Notes: generated by a model from the letters alone, not told the origin. A stretch of DNA of 64,000 bases from Thermoanaerobaculia bacterium (GCA_963806165.1 CAWDWZ010000007.1:1-64000), one strand, 5' to 3'; shown: positions 34,673 through 45,820, counted from the first letter of the stretch. Numbers and translations are program-made.

Positions 34673-34896
34673 GACTGCCTCCATCCTGGGGTGCATCGCC
34701 GGACCGGGGCGGTCGGGCGCGATCGGGTCGGGCGGGTCGGGCGAGTCGGGCGAGTCGGGGCGGCTCGGGCCATTCTCAACATACGGCGTCGCGCCGCGCA
34801 AGTTTGTGCGCCACTGCCGGAAGATGGGGTCCCCGGCACGCGCGGCTCCGCGGACGGCGTCGGAGGCCTTCGGATCCGCTCCGGACTCGGATCGGA

Positions 34897-36954
34897 CTAG
34901 GGGTCGAATCGGCTCCAACGGGCGGGCGAGCCGCACTCCAGCCCATCGGCGAACAGGCCCCCGTCGTCGTGGATCGTCAGCGTCACGGTCGCGAGGTTGG
35001 ACTCGATCTTGCCGTCCCAGGCGGCGAAGGTGAAGTGATCGCTGCCGTCGAAGCCGGCGTCGGGATAGAGGAGCGCCTGCGTTCCGACGAGTGCCACTGT
35101 GCCGTGCGCCGGTTGGTCGACGATGCGCAGCGCGAGCGGGTCGCCGTCCGGATCGGTGGCCGAGAGGGCGATCCGCAGCGGAATGGCAGCCGAGGCAGTC
35201 GCCCCTCGCGAGGTCGCGACCGGCGCATGGTCGGTCGTCTGGTTCTCGCTCGAAGGACCGTTGTGGCAGAGGTAGCAACCGATCTTGGCGCCGCGGAAGA
35301 GACTCTTGGCTCCCCAGTTCGTCGTCGCAATCCAGGCGCGCTGCGAAGCCGAGAGCACGGTGCCGCGCGCGTCGCCGCCATGACAGTCGAGGCACGCCGT
35401 GGTGCCATGCGCTTCCGCGTAGTCGGCGTGGTCGCCGACCCAGATCTGTCCGAGCGGATGCAGACCGTGCGGGCCGGCCAGGCCCGGGCTCACCGCGGCG
35501 TGGCAGCTCAAGCACTCGGTGAGCATGCCGACATGCCCCTGGACGAGAATGCTCTGCACGTTGTCGTTCTCGTGGCTCGAGGGGAAGATGGCGTGGGTCG
35601 AGCCGTGGCAGGCCTCGCAGGCCAGTCCGCCGTGACCGAACGAGAAGCGGTAGAGATCGAAACCGGCGGCCGGAACGTCGGGTTGGGTGGCGAAGATCGG
35701 ATCGACCGGGTCGCGCGGCAGGCCGTCGGCGGTGAAGACGGTGGTGTAGCGGATCTCACCGGCGTTCGCGACCGCGGTGCCGGTGTGGCAGTTCTGGCAG
35801 GTCGGCTGGTCGAGCCAGCCGATGCGGCTCGGCGCTCCGACTGCCGCCATGCCGCCGTGGCAGCTCTGGCACTGCATCGCCGGCAGGCCGTCCGCGCCGA
35901 TCGCCTTGCCCATCGCGCCGCGCAGGCAGCGCGTGGTCGATCCGGGGTGGCAGCGATAGCAGGCACTGCGCAGGCTCGACGAGCCGAGGGCGAGGCCGGA
36001 GACGGGGTCCGTGACGGTGGCGTGGAGAGTATGCACCGCCGTGGTCAGCTGGGTGAGATCGACGAGGCCGGAGCCGGGCAGCGCGTTCGACGGATGGCAG
36101 GCCGCGCAGAGCACCGCGCGGCCTCCGGCGACCGTCGCTTCGAGGCCCGCGGGATTGAAGCCGTTGTGCGCCAGCGCGTCGACGAAGACGGGATTGCCGA
36201 TCTGCTGCTCGTCGTGAAAGCGGAGGATGTTGCGCCGGTAATCGCGCTGCGGATCGGCGTCGAACACCCAGCCGCCTGCGGGGCGCGCCGCGTCCGACGA
36301 GCCCGACGCGTGACAGGCCGAACAGTCCATCTCGTCGGAGACGGGCAGGACGATGCGGGTCTCGGCGAGGAGCGCTGCGCCGTCCCGGGCGACGATGCGC
36401 ATCATCGGATAGGAGTTGCGGGCTTCGAGATCGTCGATCGGAGTCAGCGGGATTCCTTCCGCGCTGAACCAGGCGGAGGCGCTGCTGAAGGTCATCGGCT
36501 GCGGCGTGTTCGCCGCGCCGGGCATGTCGTGTCCGGCGAGGCCCTGGTCGGGGGAGAGGGGGAGGCCGAAGAAATCGGCGACGTAGTCCCAGAAGTTCGT
36601 CTTGCCGACCGAGCTGCGATTGATCGATCCGGCGGGATCGGCGACGGCCTCGTAGGTCACGATCACGCTGCCGGGAACGGTGACGAGCTGACCCGACGGA
36701 TCGATCAGCTGGGCGTGGATCGTGTTGAAGGGCGGCAGGATGGCGAAGGTCGAAAAATCGGCGTCGAGGCAGTGCATTCCAAGATCGTTCCAGGCGATGA
36801 GCCGCCAGGCGGATTCGGGCGTCGAAGCGCGCCCGGAAGCGGCTGTCGGAGCGAGCCCGAAGGAAGCGATCAGAGAGAGCAGGACCAGGGGGAGGAGTGT
36901 GGCCGGGAAACGCCGGAGGAGATAGGAGTCTGAATCGCGGTATAGGACTCTCAT
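34897..36954 (-). CDS. Secreted multiheme c-type cytochrome (about 9 CxxCH motifs) with a C-terminal beta-sandwich and the shared LFADGLE.G...WS tail
   Basis: CSACH, CAACH, CYRCH, CQSCH, CQNCH, CEACH, CLSCH, CLDCH, CYLCH. N-terminal signal/TM. C-terminus ...GLFADGLECGSPARWSRFDP. Confidence 0.75.
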   Translation of the reverse strand: MRVLYRDSDSYLLRRFPATLLPLVLLSLIASFGLAPTAASGRASTPESAWRLIAWNDLGMHCLDADFSTFAILPPFNTIHAQLIDPSGQLVTVPGSVIVTYEAVADPAGSINRSSVGKTNFWDYVADFFGLPLSPDQGLAGHDMPGAANTPQPMTFSSASAWFSAEGIPLTPIDDLEARNSYPMMRIVARDGAALLAETRIVLPVSDEMDCSACHASGSSDAARPAGGWVFDADPQRDYRRNILRFHDEQQIGNPVFVDALAHNGFNPAGLEATVAGGRAVLCAACHPSNALPGSGLVDLTQLTTAVHTLHATVTDPVSGLALGSSSLRSACYRCHPGSTTRCLRGAMGKAIGADGLPAMQCQSCHGGMAAVGAPSRIGWLDQPTCQNCHTGTAVANAGEIRYTTVFTADGLPRDPVDPIFATQPDVPAAGFDLYRFSFGHGGLACEACHGSTHAIFPSSHENDNVQSILVQGHVGMLTECLSCHAAVSPGLAGPHGLHPLGQIWVGDHADYAEAHGTTACLDCHGGDARGTVLSASQRAWIATTNWGAKSLFRGAKIGCYLCHNGPSSENQTTDHAPVATSRGATASAAIPLRIALSATDPDGDPLALRIVDQPAHGTVALVGTQALLYPDAGFDGSDHFTFAAWDGKIESNLATVTLTIHDDGGLFADGLECGSPARWSRFDP

Positions 36955-37156
36955 GCCTTTCCCTTACGCGCATCTCTGGGCGGCGGAAAGAGCTGTTAGG
37001 GTAGGTGGCGAGCTGCCCGTTCGCGCAGGTCGACGAGCGATCGAACTGACATTCAAACGCTCCCGGTGGCGCCTGACGGCCGGCCGATGGCATTCCTCGT
37101 GCACGCCCTCTCCGCAGTCAGGTTCGCAGCGTCCCGAGAGTCGACGGAGGCACCGC

Positions 37157-37570
37157 ATGCACAGTCCCAGTTTCATCGCAAAGTGGACGACCTACGGTCC
37201 GCAGCTCCGGAGCGTATTGCGGATCGTGGCGGCGTTGCTCTTCGTGCAGTTCGGCACGATGAAGCTCTTCGCCTTTCCGGTCGGGCTGCCGCCGAACGGC
37301 GGCACCGCGACCTTCCTCACCCAGGTCTGGTTCGGCGGCGTGCTCGAGCTCGTGGGCGGCGGACTGCTCCTGGTGGGACTCTTCACCCGCCCGGTCGCCT
37401 TCGTTCTGGCGGGGGAGATGGCGGTCGCCTACTTCCAGTTCCACGCGCCGAAAGGCCCCTGGCCGCTCGTGAACGGCGGGGTCGCGGCGATCGTCTTCTG
37501 CTTCCTCTGGCTCTACTTTTCGGCCGCCGGCGCGGGCCCGTGGAGCCTCGACGCCCGGCGCGGGCGCTAG
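37157..37570 (+). CDS. DoxX-family membrane protein
   Basis: MHSPSFIAKWTTYGPQLRSVLRIVAALLFVQFGTMKLFAFP... typical DoxX. Confidence 0.6.
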   Translation: MHSPSFIAKWTTYGPQLRSVLRIVAALLFVQFGTMKLFAFPVGLPPNGGTATFLTQVWFGGVLELVGGGLLLVGLFTRPVAFVLAGEMAVAYFQFHAPKGPWPLVNGGVAAIVFCFLWLYFSAAGAGPWSLDARRGR

Positions 37571-37589
37571 GCCCGGCTCTCCTGCGCCC

Positions 37590-39018
37590 CTAGGGCACCT
37601 GGACCGTCCAGGCGTCGGTCGTGCCGCCCTCGAAGCCGTCCAGGAAGAGGATGAACGGCAACGGGGCACCGTCGGCCTCGACGGCGCCGATGTCGCAGCC
37701 GTCGGCGGTGTCGGGAATGAGCGGGTTGTCGACCGGACGGCGGTTGGTCGCGATCGCGCCGTAGCCGCGCTGATCGCGGCGGTCGTCCGGGCACTCCCCG
37801 TGGTCGACGAGAAGACTGCCCGGCGAGGGGGCGTGGGTTCGCGTGGGGCCGCCGTTGTCGGCGAGCAGATCGAGGCCGGCGACGACCGGCGCGGCTCGGC
37901 TGCCGACCCAGTCGTCGTTGGCGTTGGGCGCGCCGGTGGGAAAGAAGGCATCGGCACCGTCGCGGACACCGATCAGGTTGAGACCTTGCGACAGAATCGC
38001 GGAGCTCGCGTTGACCGAGAGGTCGCTCGGCAGCGCGCTGCCGAAATTGTTGCCGATCACGCTGTTGTGCAGGTTCACCGTCGAGGGAGAAAGGATATCG
38101 GCGACGAGGTAGAGACCGCCGCCGAGCTCTCCGGTATCGTCCAGGTTCACGTCGGCACTGTTTTGAGTGATGGTCGTGCTGTCGATCAGAACCGTGCCAT
38201 AGATCACGATCACGCCGCCCGCGGCATCCTCCGCGCTGTTGCCGCTCACGGTCGAGCGCCGGATCTCGCCGTTCGTCCAGCCGAAGACCACCCCGCCGCC
38301 CGCCCCCTCGTTCACCACGTTGTTTCCGGAGATCGTCGAATCCAAGATGCGCAGGAAGGCGGTGGGCGCGCCGCCGGGCGTCACGATTGCGGGCCCGCCT
38401 TCGCCGAGCAAGTAGATTCCGCCTCCGCTCCGGCTGACGTTGTTGTCGACGGCGCTGCGCACGAGCGTGATCGCGGCGGCATGATCGCCGTAGATCGCCC
38501 CGCCGGTGGAAAGGGACTCGCAGGCCGTGATGCGGCTGTCGAAGACCTCGAGGAAGTCGCTTTCGTGGATCGTGATGCAGCCACCGCCGCCCGAGTGCAG
38601 CCCGTTGCGGATGGTCAGGCGCTCGAGGCTGCAGCAGCTTGCCGTTCGGCGCGCCGTTCAGCACCAGCACGCGGTGATCGGCGCCGTTCAGGGTGAGCGC
38701 GCCGGTGAGTGGCCCGGAGATCGTCAGGTTCTGCGTGATGATCGGCAGGTCCGAGCCGAGGACGATCGCGCCGGTGAGATCGAACGTCACGACGTCGTCG
38801 CCGCTCCCGGCGGGGCAGCCCAGGTGCGCGAGGTCGTCGTTCGCGGCCTGGATCGCCTCCCGGAGGGAGCACAGGCCGTCGTCGGCGTCGGTGTCGGAGA
38901 GCGTGTCGACGGCGATCGTCGCCGCCGTGAGAGGCGCCGGGAGGGCGAGGTGCAGCGCCGCGAGGGTCGGGAGCGCGAAAGCGCAGAGAGCGATGGGAGT
39001 GAACCTGGAAAGGGGCAT
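37590..39018 (-). pseudogene. Secreted right-handed beta-helix protein with N-terminal CSLREAIQAAN motif and shared C-terminal LFLDGFEGG..W tail; one frameshift near 38640
   Basis: N-terminal frame from 39018 (MPLSRFTPIALCAFALPTLA...DGLCSLREAIQAANDD...). Switches near 38640 to the frame giving ...LERLTIRNGLHSGGGGCITIHESDF...RSAVDNNVSRSGGGIY... and ends ...PLPFILFLDGFEGGTTDAWTVQVP. Confidence 0.6.
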
Positions 39019-39180
39019 GAGAGTCTCCTTTCCTCAAGTGGCGACAATCGTGCCCGAATCTGGACATGGGAGCTCGCGGTTCGCCGGCGGGGGCTACCGA
39101 GACCCGGCCGCGAGGCCTTAGGATGGGTTGGCTCACCTGGGCTCAGGTCCCAAGAGAGAAAGCGAAGAGGAGATCGAGAG

Positions 39181-40131
39181 ATGGCGGACAAGAAGATCAT
39201 CGCGGTGGTCGGCGCCACGGGCGCGCAGGGCGGCGGACTGGTGCGGGCGATTCTGGCGGACAAGGGGAGCGAGTTCGCGGTGCGGGCGATCACCCGCAAG
39301 CCCGACTCGGACAAGGGAAAGGCGCTCGCCGCGGCGGGCGTCGAGGTGGTGGCGGGGGACGCCGACGCTCCGGCGACGCTCGCCGGCGCATTCGCCGGCG
39401 CCCACGGGGCCTTCGTGGTGACGAACTTCTGGGAGCATCTCTCCGCCGAGCGCGAGCTCGCGCAGGCGACCGCGATGGCGCGCGCCACGCGCAGCGCGGG
39501 GGTGGAGCATGTCGTCTGGTCGACCCTCGAGGACACGCGCAAGTGGATTCCGCTCGCCGATCCGCGGGTGCCGACGCTGCACGGCAAGTACAAAGTGGAG
39601 CACTTCGACGCCAAGGGCGAAGCCGACGCCGTCTTCGCCGCCGAGGCGGCGCCGACGAGCTACCTCGTGACCTCGTTCTACTGGGACAACTTCATCCACT
39701 TCGGCATGGGTCCGCGCCGCGGCGAGAACGGCAAGCTCGGCATCGCCTGGGCGGCCGGTGGCGCGCCGTTGCCCGGTATCGCGGTGGACGACATCGGCGC
39801 TTGCGCCTACGGGGTCTTCAAGAAGGGAGCGGGCGTCGCCGGGAAGCGCTACGGGATCTGTGGCGAGGTCCTCACCGGGCAGCAGATGGCGGCGGGAATG
39901 GCCAAACATCTCGGCGAGCCGGTGAGCTTCACCGACGTGCCGTTCGAGGTCTACCGCAACCTCGGCTTCCCGGGCGCCGAAGACATGAGCAACATGTTCC
40001 AGGTCCAGTCGATCTTCTCCAAGGAGTTCCTGGCCAACCGCAGCGTGAAGCTCGCACGGTCCCTCCATCCCGGCCTGCAGAACTTCGACACCTGGCTGAC
40101 CCGAAACATCAAGAGGATCCCGATCGGCTAA
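39181..40131 (+). CDS. NmrA-family NAD(P)-binding protein
   Basis: MADKKIIAVVGATGAQGGGLVRAIL Rossmann start. NmrA-like length and pattern. Confidence 0.7.
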   Translation: MADKKIIAVVGATGAQGGGLVRAILADKGSEFAVRAITRKPDSDKGKALAAAGVEVVAGDADAPATLAGAFAGAHGAFVVTNFWEHLSAERELAQATAMARATRSAGVEHVVWSTLEDTRKWIPLADPRVPTLHGKYKVEHFDAKGEADAVFAAEAAPTSYLVTSFYWDNFIHFGMGPRRGENGKLGIAWAAGGAPLPGIAVDDIGACAYGVFKKGAGVAGKRYGICGEVLTGQQMAAGMAKHLGEPVSFTDVPFEVYRNLGFPGAEDMSNMFQVQSIFSKEFLANRSVKLARSLHPGLQNFDTWLTRNIKRIPIG

Positions 40132-40433
40132 CTAGATTCGCGAGCGCGCCGCCACGCCTTCGGTTGCCATGGGATCCCCTCCGTTCGGTCGGGACCCCGG
40201 TCGATCTCATCTTTCTCTTGCGGACAGGGGCCCCACCACCCAGGCGGGCAGTGGAGACGCCCACTCATGCGGGCGGTTGCGCGGTGGGATGGCACAGGCA
40301 CCATATGAAGTGGAGGTCGCGGAGCTCGCGGTCGCGCGCTCCGGCGCCGGGTTGAACCTCCAGCCGAAGATCGCCACCGAAGGCCTCTCGTTCCGGCGTC
40401 GCGGGTCTCCCTCCGTGGCGGGGGAGACCTCTG

Positions 40434-41657
40434 ATGCAGTTCTTCCGCGTTCTCGCTTCGCTTGCCCTCGCTGCTCTCGTCGCCTCGCCGCTCTCCGCGG
40501 TGACGCGACGCATGTTCATCTCTTCGGTCACAGGTAACGGGAATCTCTCCACCTGGGCCGACGCAGGGGGTTTGACCGGACTCGAAGCCGCCGACGCCGT
40601 CTGCCAGGCGCGCGCCACCGCGGCGAGCCTGCCCAACGCGTCGGGCTACCGGGCCTGGCTCTCCGACTCGGTCGACGACGCCTACTGCCGGATGCACAAC
40701 CTCGCTGGCACGCGAGAGACGAACTGTGGTCAGGCGACGCTTCCGGACACCGCGGGCCCGTGGTGGCGCACCGACGGCAAGCCGTTTGGCGCCGGACTTC
40801 CCGACCTCGTAGCCCCGCTCGAGCAGGTGCTCCTTCCGCCCTCGGTGAACGAGTTCGGCGTCGACTTGCAGATCGCCCAAACCTGGACCGCGACGAAACT
40901 GGACGGCGCCGTGGGCCCGGGTTCTTGCGCCAACTGGACCTCGGCGGCGCCTGCGGATCTGGCGCACTTCGGATTGGCCTACGACACGTCCGGCAGCTGG
41001 ACCTTCGCCGGAACTTCGGGCTGCTCGGATTGGAATCTCCGCCTCTACTGTTTCGAAACCGGTCTCGGGGATCCCCTGCCGATTTTCCCGCCTTGGGGGC
41101 GCCTGGCCTTCGCGACCTCTGCGGAGGGTACAGGCGACCTGAGCTCCTGGCCCGGCGCGGCCGGCGCGACCGGACTCGCAGCGGGTGACGCGATCTGCCG
41201 GAACCTCGCTTCGGCGGCGGGCCTCCGGCAGTCCGCCTCATTCAAGGCCTGGCTCTCAGCGGAAGGCACGAATGCGATCGGCCGCTTCCAGCATGACGGA
41301 CCATGGATGAGGCTCGACGGCATCGTGGTCGCGGAGAGCCGCCTGGACCTGACCGACGGCGATCTCGACTCGCCGATCAACCTGACCGAGACCGGGCTGT
41401 ACGTGGGCGGTGCCGGAATCTGGACCGGCACTCTGATGGACGGGTCGTTCGCTCCGACGAACTGCTCCAACTGGATCTCGACGACCGCGACGGGGGAAAT
41501 CGGAGTGGCGAACAATTCCCTCCTCGCGTGGACCTCCAATGGCAGCCTCACCTGTGGCTTCGCCTACGCCAGCCTCTATTGCCTGCAGGACTTGCCGCTC
41601 ATTTTCCTCGACGGCTTCGAGAGCCAGGGGACGCGGGCGTGGTCGACCGTGCAGTGA
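40434..41657 (+). CDS. Secreted protein with two DUF1554-like domains and the shared C-terminal tail (LPLIFLDGFESQGTRAWSTVQ)
   Basis: Signal peptide MQFFRVLASLALAALVASPLSA. RMFISS...GNGNL.TW..AGGL.GLEAADAVC...YRAWLS...LYCFE, repeated. Confidence 0.6.
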   Translation: MQFFRVLASLALAALVASPLSAVTRRMFISSVTGNGNLSTWADAGGLTGLEAADAVCQARATAASLPNASGYRAWLSDSVDDAYCRMHNLAGTRETNCGQATLPDTAGPWWRTDGKPFGAGLPDLVAPLEQVLLPPSVNEFGVDLQIAQTWTATKLDGAVGPGSCANWTSAAPADLAHFGLAYDTSGSWTFAGTSGCSDWNLRLYCFETGLGDPLPIFPPWGRLAFATSAEGTGDLSSWPGAAGATGLAAGDAICRNLASAAGLRQSASFKAWLSAEGTNAIGRFQHDGPWMRLDGIVVAESRLDLTDGDLDSPINLTETGLYVGGAGIWTGTLMDGSFAPTNCSNWISTTATGEIGVANNSLLAWTSNGSLTCGFAYASLYCLQDLPLIFLDGFESQGTRAWSTVQ

Positions 41658-41762
41658 GTCCCTAGTCCTCCGCTACGGCACCGAGACCGACCAGCGGCAA
41701 ACCCTGGGCGCGCGAGGAGCTCGATTTTCTAGTACTCTTCGTCGCTTCTTGGGAGATCTCAC

Positions 41763-42389
41763 GTGGTCCACTTGCGAACTTCGCTGCTCAGCCTTCTCGC
41801 CGTGCTCGGCTGCGCGGGTGCGTCGTCGGCGCAGAATCTGCTGACGATCAACCCGGACTTCGACAGCGGCCTCGGCCTGACCTCGTGGCAGACTGCCTGG
41901 GGCTCTTGGGTCCTGGGAGCCGACTCGGGGAGCTGCCTGCTCTCGGAGTCCGCGGCGGGCACGTCGGCGGATTCGGGTGGGACCCAGATCATCGGGCTGG
42001 TCTCGGAGCAGTGCATTCCGCTCGATCCGGTAGCGACGCCCACGCTCTTCATGGGAGCCCTCTACAGGTCCTCGGCGAACGTCTACACGCGCTTCTATCT
42101 GCAGTTCTTCTCCGACGGCACCTGCACGACGTTCGACAGTTGGAGCGCCTGGGCGTTCGGCTCCATTTCACCGAACTGGAATTCGATCCTGGGCGCGATC
42201 CCGATCCCGGCGACGGCTCTGTCCGCGAAGGTCTGGAACGACGTCATCCCCGCCTCGGCCTCGGAGCCGCAGTTCACCGCCTCGTTGGATCGGATCTATC
42301 TCGGCGTGCTGCCGTGGATCTTCGTCGACGGCTTCGAGGCCGAGAGCGGCAGCGCCTGCCACTGGTCGAGCATCGTCGGCGGGATCTGA
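41763..42389 (+). CDS. Secreted hypothetical protein ending in the shared tail (LPWIFVDGFEAESGSACHWSSIV)
   Basis: Signal peptide MVHLRTSLLSLLAVLGCAGASSA. No recognised domain. Confidence 0.5.
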   Translation: MVHLRTSLLSLLAVLGCAGASSAQNLLTINPDFDSGLGLTSWQTAWGSWVLGADSGSCLLSESAAGTSADSGGTQIIGLVSEQCIPLDPVATPTLFMGALYRSSANVYTRFYLQFFSDGTCTTFDSWSAWAFGSISPNWNSILGAIPIPATALSAKVWNDVIPASASEPQFTASLDRIYLGVLPWIFVDGFEAESGSACHWSSIVGGI

Positions 42390-42432
42390 GAAGCGCGGGA
42401 TCAGCGAACGCTGGACTTTCCCGGCGCTCTTT

Positions 42433-42705
42433 CTAGTTCCAGTCGCCGCCGCCGCAGCAGCCGCCCCCGCCCCCTCCACATTGCGGGCGGCCGCAGCCGA
42501 AACCCTCGCTGGCTTCCGCATGCGCGTGCGCCGCGCCCGAGCCGTTGCCCATGGAGCCGGATGCCACCGCGAAGGTGGAGAGCTGGCGCTCGACGTGCTG
42601 GCCACCGCACGCCGGGCAGACGGTCTCGGCGGCGTTCGCACCCAGGTGCTGGATCAGCTCGAAGCGCCCCTGACAAGCGGGGCAGCGGTATTCGTAGAGT
42701 GGCAT
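42433..42705 (-). CDS. FmdB-family zinc-ribbon protein
   Basis: MPLYEYRCPACQGRFELIQHLGANAAETVCPACGG...; Gly-rich tail. Confidence 0.6.
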   Translation of the reverse strand: MPLYEYRCPACQGRFELIQHLGANAAETVCPACGGQHVERQLSTFAVASGSMGNGSGAAHAHAEASEGFGCGRPQCGGGGGGCCGGGDWN

Positions 42706-42796
42706 CGGCGGTCCTCCCAGCCGACATTCTATCGTCGCTCCCCCGAATCGCCCGCCTCCCGCGCCAGCTGAGGCAGAATGCGGGTGAGCCGGCAAC

Positions 42797-43832
42797 CGTG
42801 AAGAAATGGGGACAGGCACCGATTCTCTCTTTCCTCGCGTTCGGCGCGTGGCTGATCGGGGTTGCGGCGGGAGGAGGCGGGATGCCGCGGGTCGTCGTCG
42901 AGGCGCCGCCGGCGCTCGCGCCGGTGGCGCGGGAAATCGAGGCGTTGGCACCCGCAGCGCTCGCCGCGGCGGCGCGCCTCACCGGCGTCCTCGCCAGCGA
43001 AGCGGCCGCGGCGTCCGGCTCGGGACCGGCTCCGATCAACGTCCTTCTGGTGGAGGAGGGAGCCGCCGGGGCGCGCGCGGTGCCGCCCTGGATCTCGGGC
43101 TACGCGATCGGGACCGATCAGATCGTGCTGCTGCCGGCGCGGGTCCATCGCTATCCCGACTTCGGCCTGGCCGCGCTGCTCCGTCACGAGTTGACCCACG
43201 TCTATGTCGCCCGCGCGGCGGGCGCCGGTGACGTACCGCGCTGGTTCAACGAAGGTCTGGCGCTGGCGGTGGGCCGCGAGTCGGATCTCGGCGATCGTGC
43301 CCGCGTGGCGCTGGCGGTGATGAATGACTCGAGCCTGCCGCTCGCCCGCCTCGATGTCGCATTCGCCGGCGGCGAGGCCGAGGTCCAGTCGGCTTATGCG
43401 CTCGCCGGCGATTTCGTGCGCGAGCTGCTGCAGCGCCACGGTCAGGAGACGGCGGCGCTGGTTCTTTCCGGAGTCGCGCGCGGCGAGCGCTTCCGCGACG
43501 CCTTTCGCACGGCGACCGGAGAGTCCCTCGCTGACTTCGAGGCCAGCTACTGGAAACGCCGCACCCTGCTCGATCGTTGGGTGCCGATTCTCTCGAGCTC
43601 GGTTCTGCTCTGGGGCGGCATCGCTCTCCTCGCTCTCGCCGCCATCCGCCGCCGCCGCGCCCGCGACGCCGCGCGCCTGGCGCGCTGGGGAGTGGAAGAA
43701 GGAGAGATTCCGGGCGAGCTCGACATGGATGTCGAAGGCGAGCTCGAAGGTGAGCTCGAAGAAGCGGCGGAAAAACCGCCGGACGATTGGCCGCCGCGCA
43801 AGCCCGATCGCAAGCTCTGGCGCCGCCGATGA
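42797..43832 (+). CDS. Membrane-associated protein with an HExxH (HELTH) putative metallopeptidase motif and an acidic repeat tail
   Basis: ...GLAALLRHELTHVYVARAAG...WFNEGLALAV... C-terminal TM helix (LLWGGIALLALAAI) then ELDMDVEGELEGELEE. Start approximate. Confidence 0.45.
42800..42827. repeat. Family-B palindrome (GGGGACAGGCACC variant)
   Basis: gaagaaatggggacaggcaccgattctc. Confidence 0.5.
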
Positions 43833-43996
43833 GCCGACTCCGACAGAGGCCGCGAGCCAGATTGTCCGTGCGCTCTTCCGGGGCCAACTTTCGCCGCGAT
43901 AGCGAGTAATTAAGTCGAGTGGCGGACCCTGAGCTGCCCGGTCCCGAGCGCGCAGTGTAGAGAGCAGGGCCGGTTCTCTGTCAGGCTTGAGGTGAA

Positions 43997-44758
43997 ATGA
44001 GGATGCGGGATCGTGTCGAAGAGCTGATCTGGGAGAGCCGGGACGGGGAGATTTCCCCGGAGGACCGGGAGTTTCTCGCCGCCCGATTGGCCCAGGATCC
44101 AGCAGCCCGGGCTGCAGCCGAGGCTGCGGCGAGCTTCGCCGCGCGACTCGAAGCAGCGGTGAGCGAGGCGCAACCACCGCCGGAGCTGCGTCTGCGGATC
44201 CAGGCGGCGCTAGCCAGCGCTCGCCGGGAGCCGCGCCGGAGCACGCTCGGCGAGTTTGTGCGGAACCTGTTGCTGCCGCCCCGCACTCCGCGCCTCGCCT
44301 ACCTTTCGGCCGCACTCATTGGACTCGTCCTGGGCGGCGCCGGCACCTACCTCTTCCACGCCGCGCGCCAGCACGGCCCGATTCCCGTGCAGGAGCTCTA
44401 CGGCACGATGGGACCGCGCTCCGCCGGCGGCGTCAACCTTGAGCTTGCCGGCGGCGCTGGTGTCCTGACGCTGCGCCGCCAAGGCTCCGTTTTGGAGGTC
44501 GAGGCCGATCTCCCGGCGCATTCCCTGGACGAGATTCAAATTCGCGGCGCAGCACTACACACCCGCCGCTTTGTGGCGCAGCCGGGCAGCGCCGCCCGCC
44601 TCCAGGCGACCGAACAGGAGGTCGCAGTGCGCGAGCTCGGCCCCGGGCGGCACCTCCTCGTGCTGGAATTCGGTGACGCGGGCGTGCCCATCGAGCTCAC
44701 CGTCTCCGGCCGAGGCCGGCTCCTCCTTCATCGCGCGCTGCGTCTGGCCGATCTCTGA
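43997..44758 (+). CDS. Anti-sigma factor (N-terminal anti-sigma domain, single TM, periplasmic C-domain)
   Basis: N-terminal helical anti-sigma region, TM LAYLSAALIGLVLGGAG. Context: divergent from an ECF sigma. Confidence 0.5.
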   Translation: MRMRDRVEELIWESRDGEISPEDREFLAARLAQDPAARAAAEAAASFAARLEAAVSEAQPPPELRLRIQAALASARREPRRSTLGEFVRNLLLPPRTPRLAYLSAALIGLVLGGAGTYLFHAARQHGPIPVQELYGTMGPRSAGGVNLELAGGAGVLTLRRQGSVLEVEADLPAHSLDEIQIRGAALHTRRFVAQPGSAARLQATEQEVAVRELGPGRHLLVLEFGDAGVPIELTVSGRGRLLLHRALRLADL

Positions 44759-44796
44759 GGAGGCGGCGCCCGGCGCTCGCCACCCGCCAGCTCTCC

Positions 44797-45808
44797 ATGC
44801 CGTCGATTCTCTCCCTTGCGGTCGGTCTTCTGCCGGTCATCTGCTTCCTGCTCGCGTTGATCGCGCTCGACAGCTACAAGCTCGTTTCCTTGCGTCGCGT
44901 CCTCGCTCTCCTGGCAATGGGCGGCCTTGCCGCAGTTGCCAGCCTGCCCACCAACCGGGCTGTGGTCGAGTTGCTGTGGCTGGATACCTCGAGCCTGGTG
45001 CACTACGCGGCGCCAGTCGTCGAAGAGTCACTCAAGGGTGCGCTGGTGGTTTTCTTGATCTTGCGCCGTCGCATCGGGTTCCTCGTCGACGCCGCCATCT
45101 CAGGCTTCGCGGTCGGCGCCGGTTTCGCGACGGTGGAGAATGTGCACTGACGCTCTGGCGCTGGGGCCGCCGCATCTCGGGGTCTGGCTGGTGCGCGGAC
45201 TGGGTACGGCAGTGATGCACGGGGGTGCTACCGCCTGTCTGGCGATCCTGGCGAAGAGCCTGGCCGACCGTTGGGGAGGGGCGAGGCTCGCCGTCTTTCT
45301 CCCCGGTTGGCTGCTGGCCGTCCTCCTGCACTCCGCGTTCAACCACTTCTTCCTCGCCCCGGACCTCTCGACGTTGGCCCTGATCACCGTCTTGCCCCTT
45401 GTGTTCGTCCTCGTTTTCCGGGCGAGTGAGGAACGGACGCGCGAGTGGCTGGGGACGGGATTCGACACCGACGCCGAGCTACTCGAGCTGGTGCATTCGG
45501 GGAGGGTGGCGGAGAGCCGGATAGGAACCTACCTGCAATCGCTGCAGGAGATGCTCCCGCCCGCCGTGGTGGCCGACATGCTCTGCCTGCTGAGGCTCCG
45601 CCTCGAACTGTCGATCTGCGCCAAGGGAATGCTGCTGCTGAAGAAGGCCGGGATCCCGGCGGCGCCCGACCCCGACGTGAGAGAGAAGTTCACGGAGCTC
45701 GAGTTCCTGGAGCGCTCGATCGGCAAGACCAGCCTCGCCGCGCTACATCCGATCCTCAACTTCAGCGACCGCGACCTCTGGCAACATCACATGCTGGGCG
45801 GGCGCTGA
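44797..45808 (+). pseudogene. prsW: PrsW-family intramembrane protease, frameshifted near 45145
   Basis: EExxK-type (VEESLKGAL), FATVENV and HSAFNH motifs are split across two overlapping ORFs (44797-45150, 45140-45808). Confidence 0.55.
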
Positions 45809-45820
45809 GCCGGGCAGGAG

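Noticed and set aside
37567-39018. 483-aa ORF translation (R-rich middle) as the true beta-helix protein
   Set aside because: Only the first ~125 residues are real. After ~38640 the correct frame is the one that joins ORF 37590-38462.
43910-44000. Short hairpins such as ggcgccaactttcggcgcc (48895-48925) and cccatgggtgctcgcgc...gcgcccatggg (21225-21270) as additional repeat family members
   Set aside because: Single occurrences each and unrelated to the A/B consensus. More likely ordinary rho-independent terminator-like stems.
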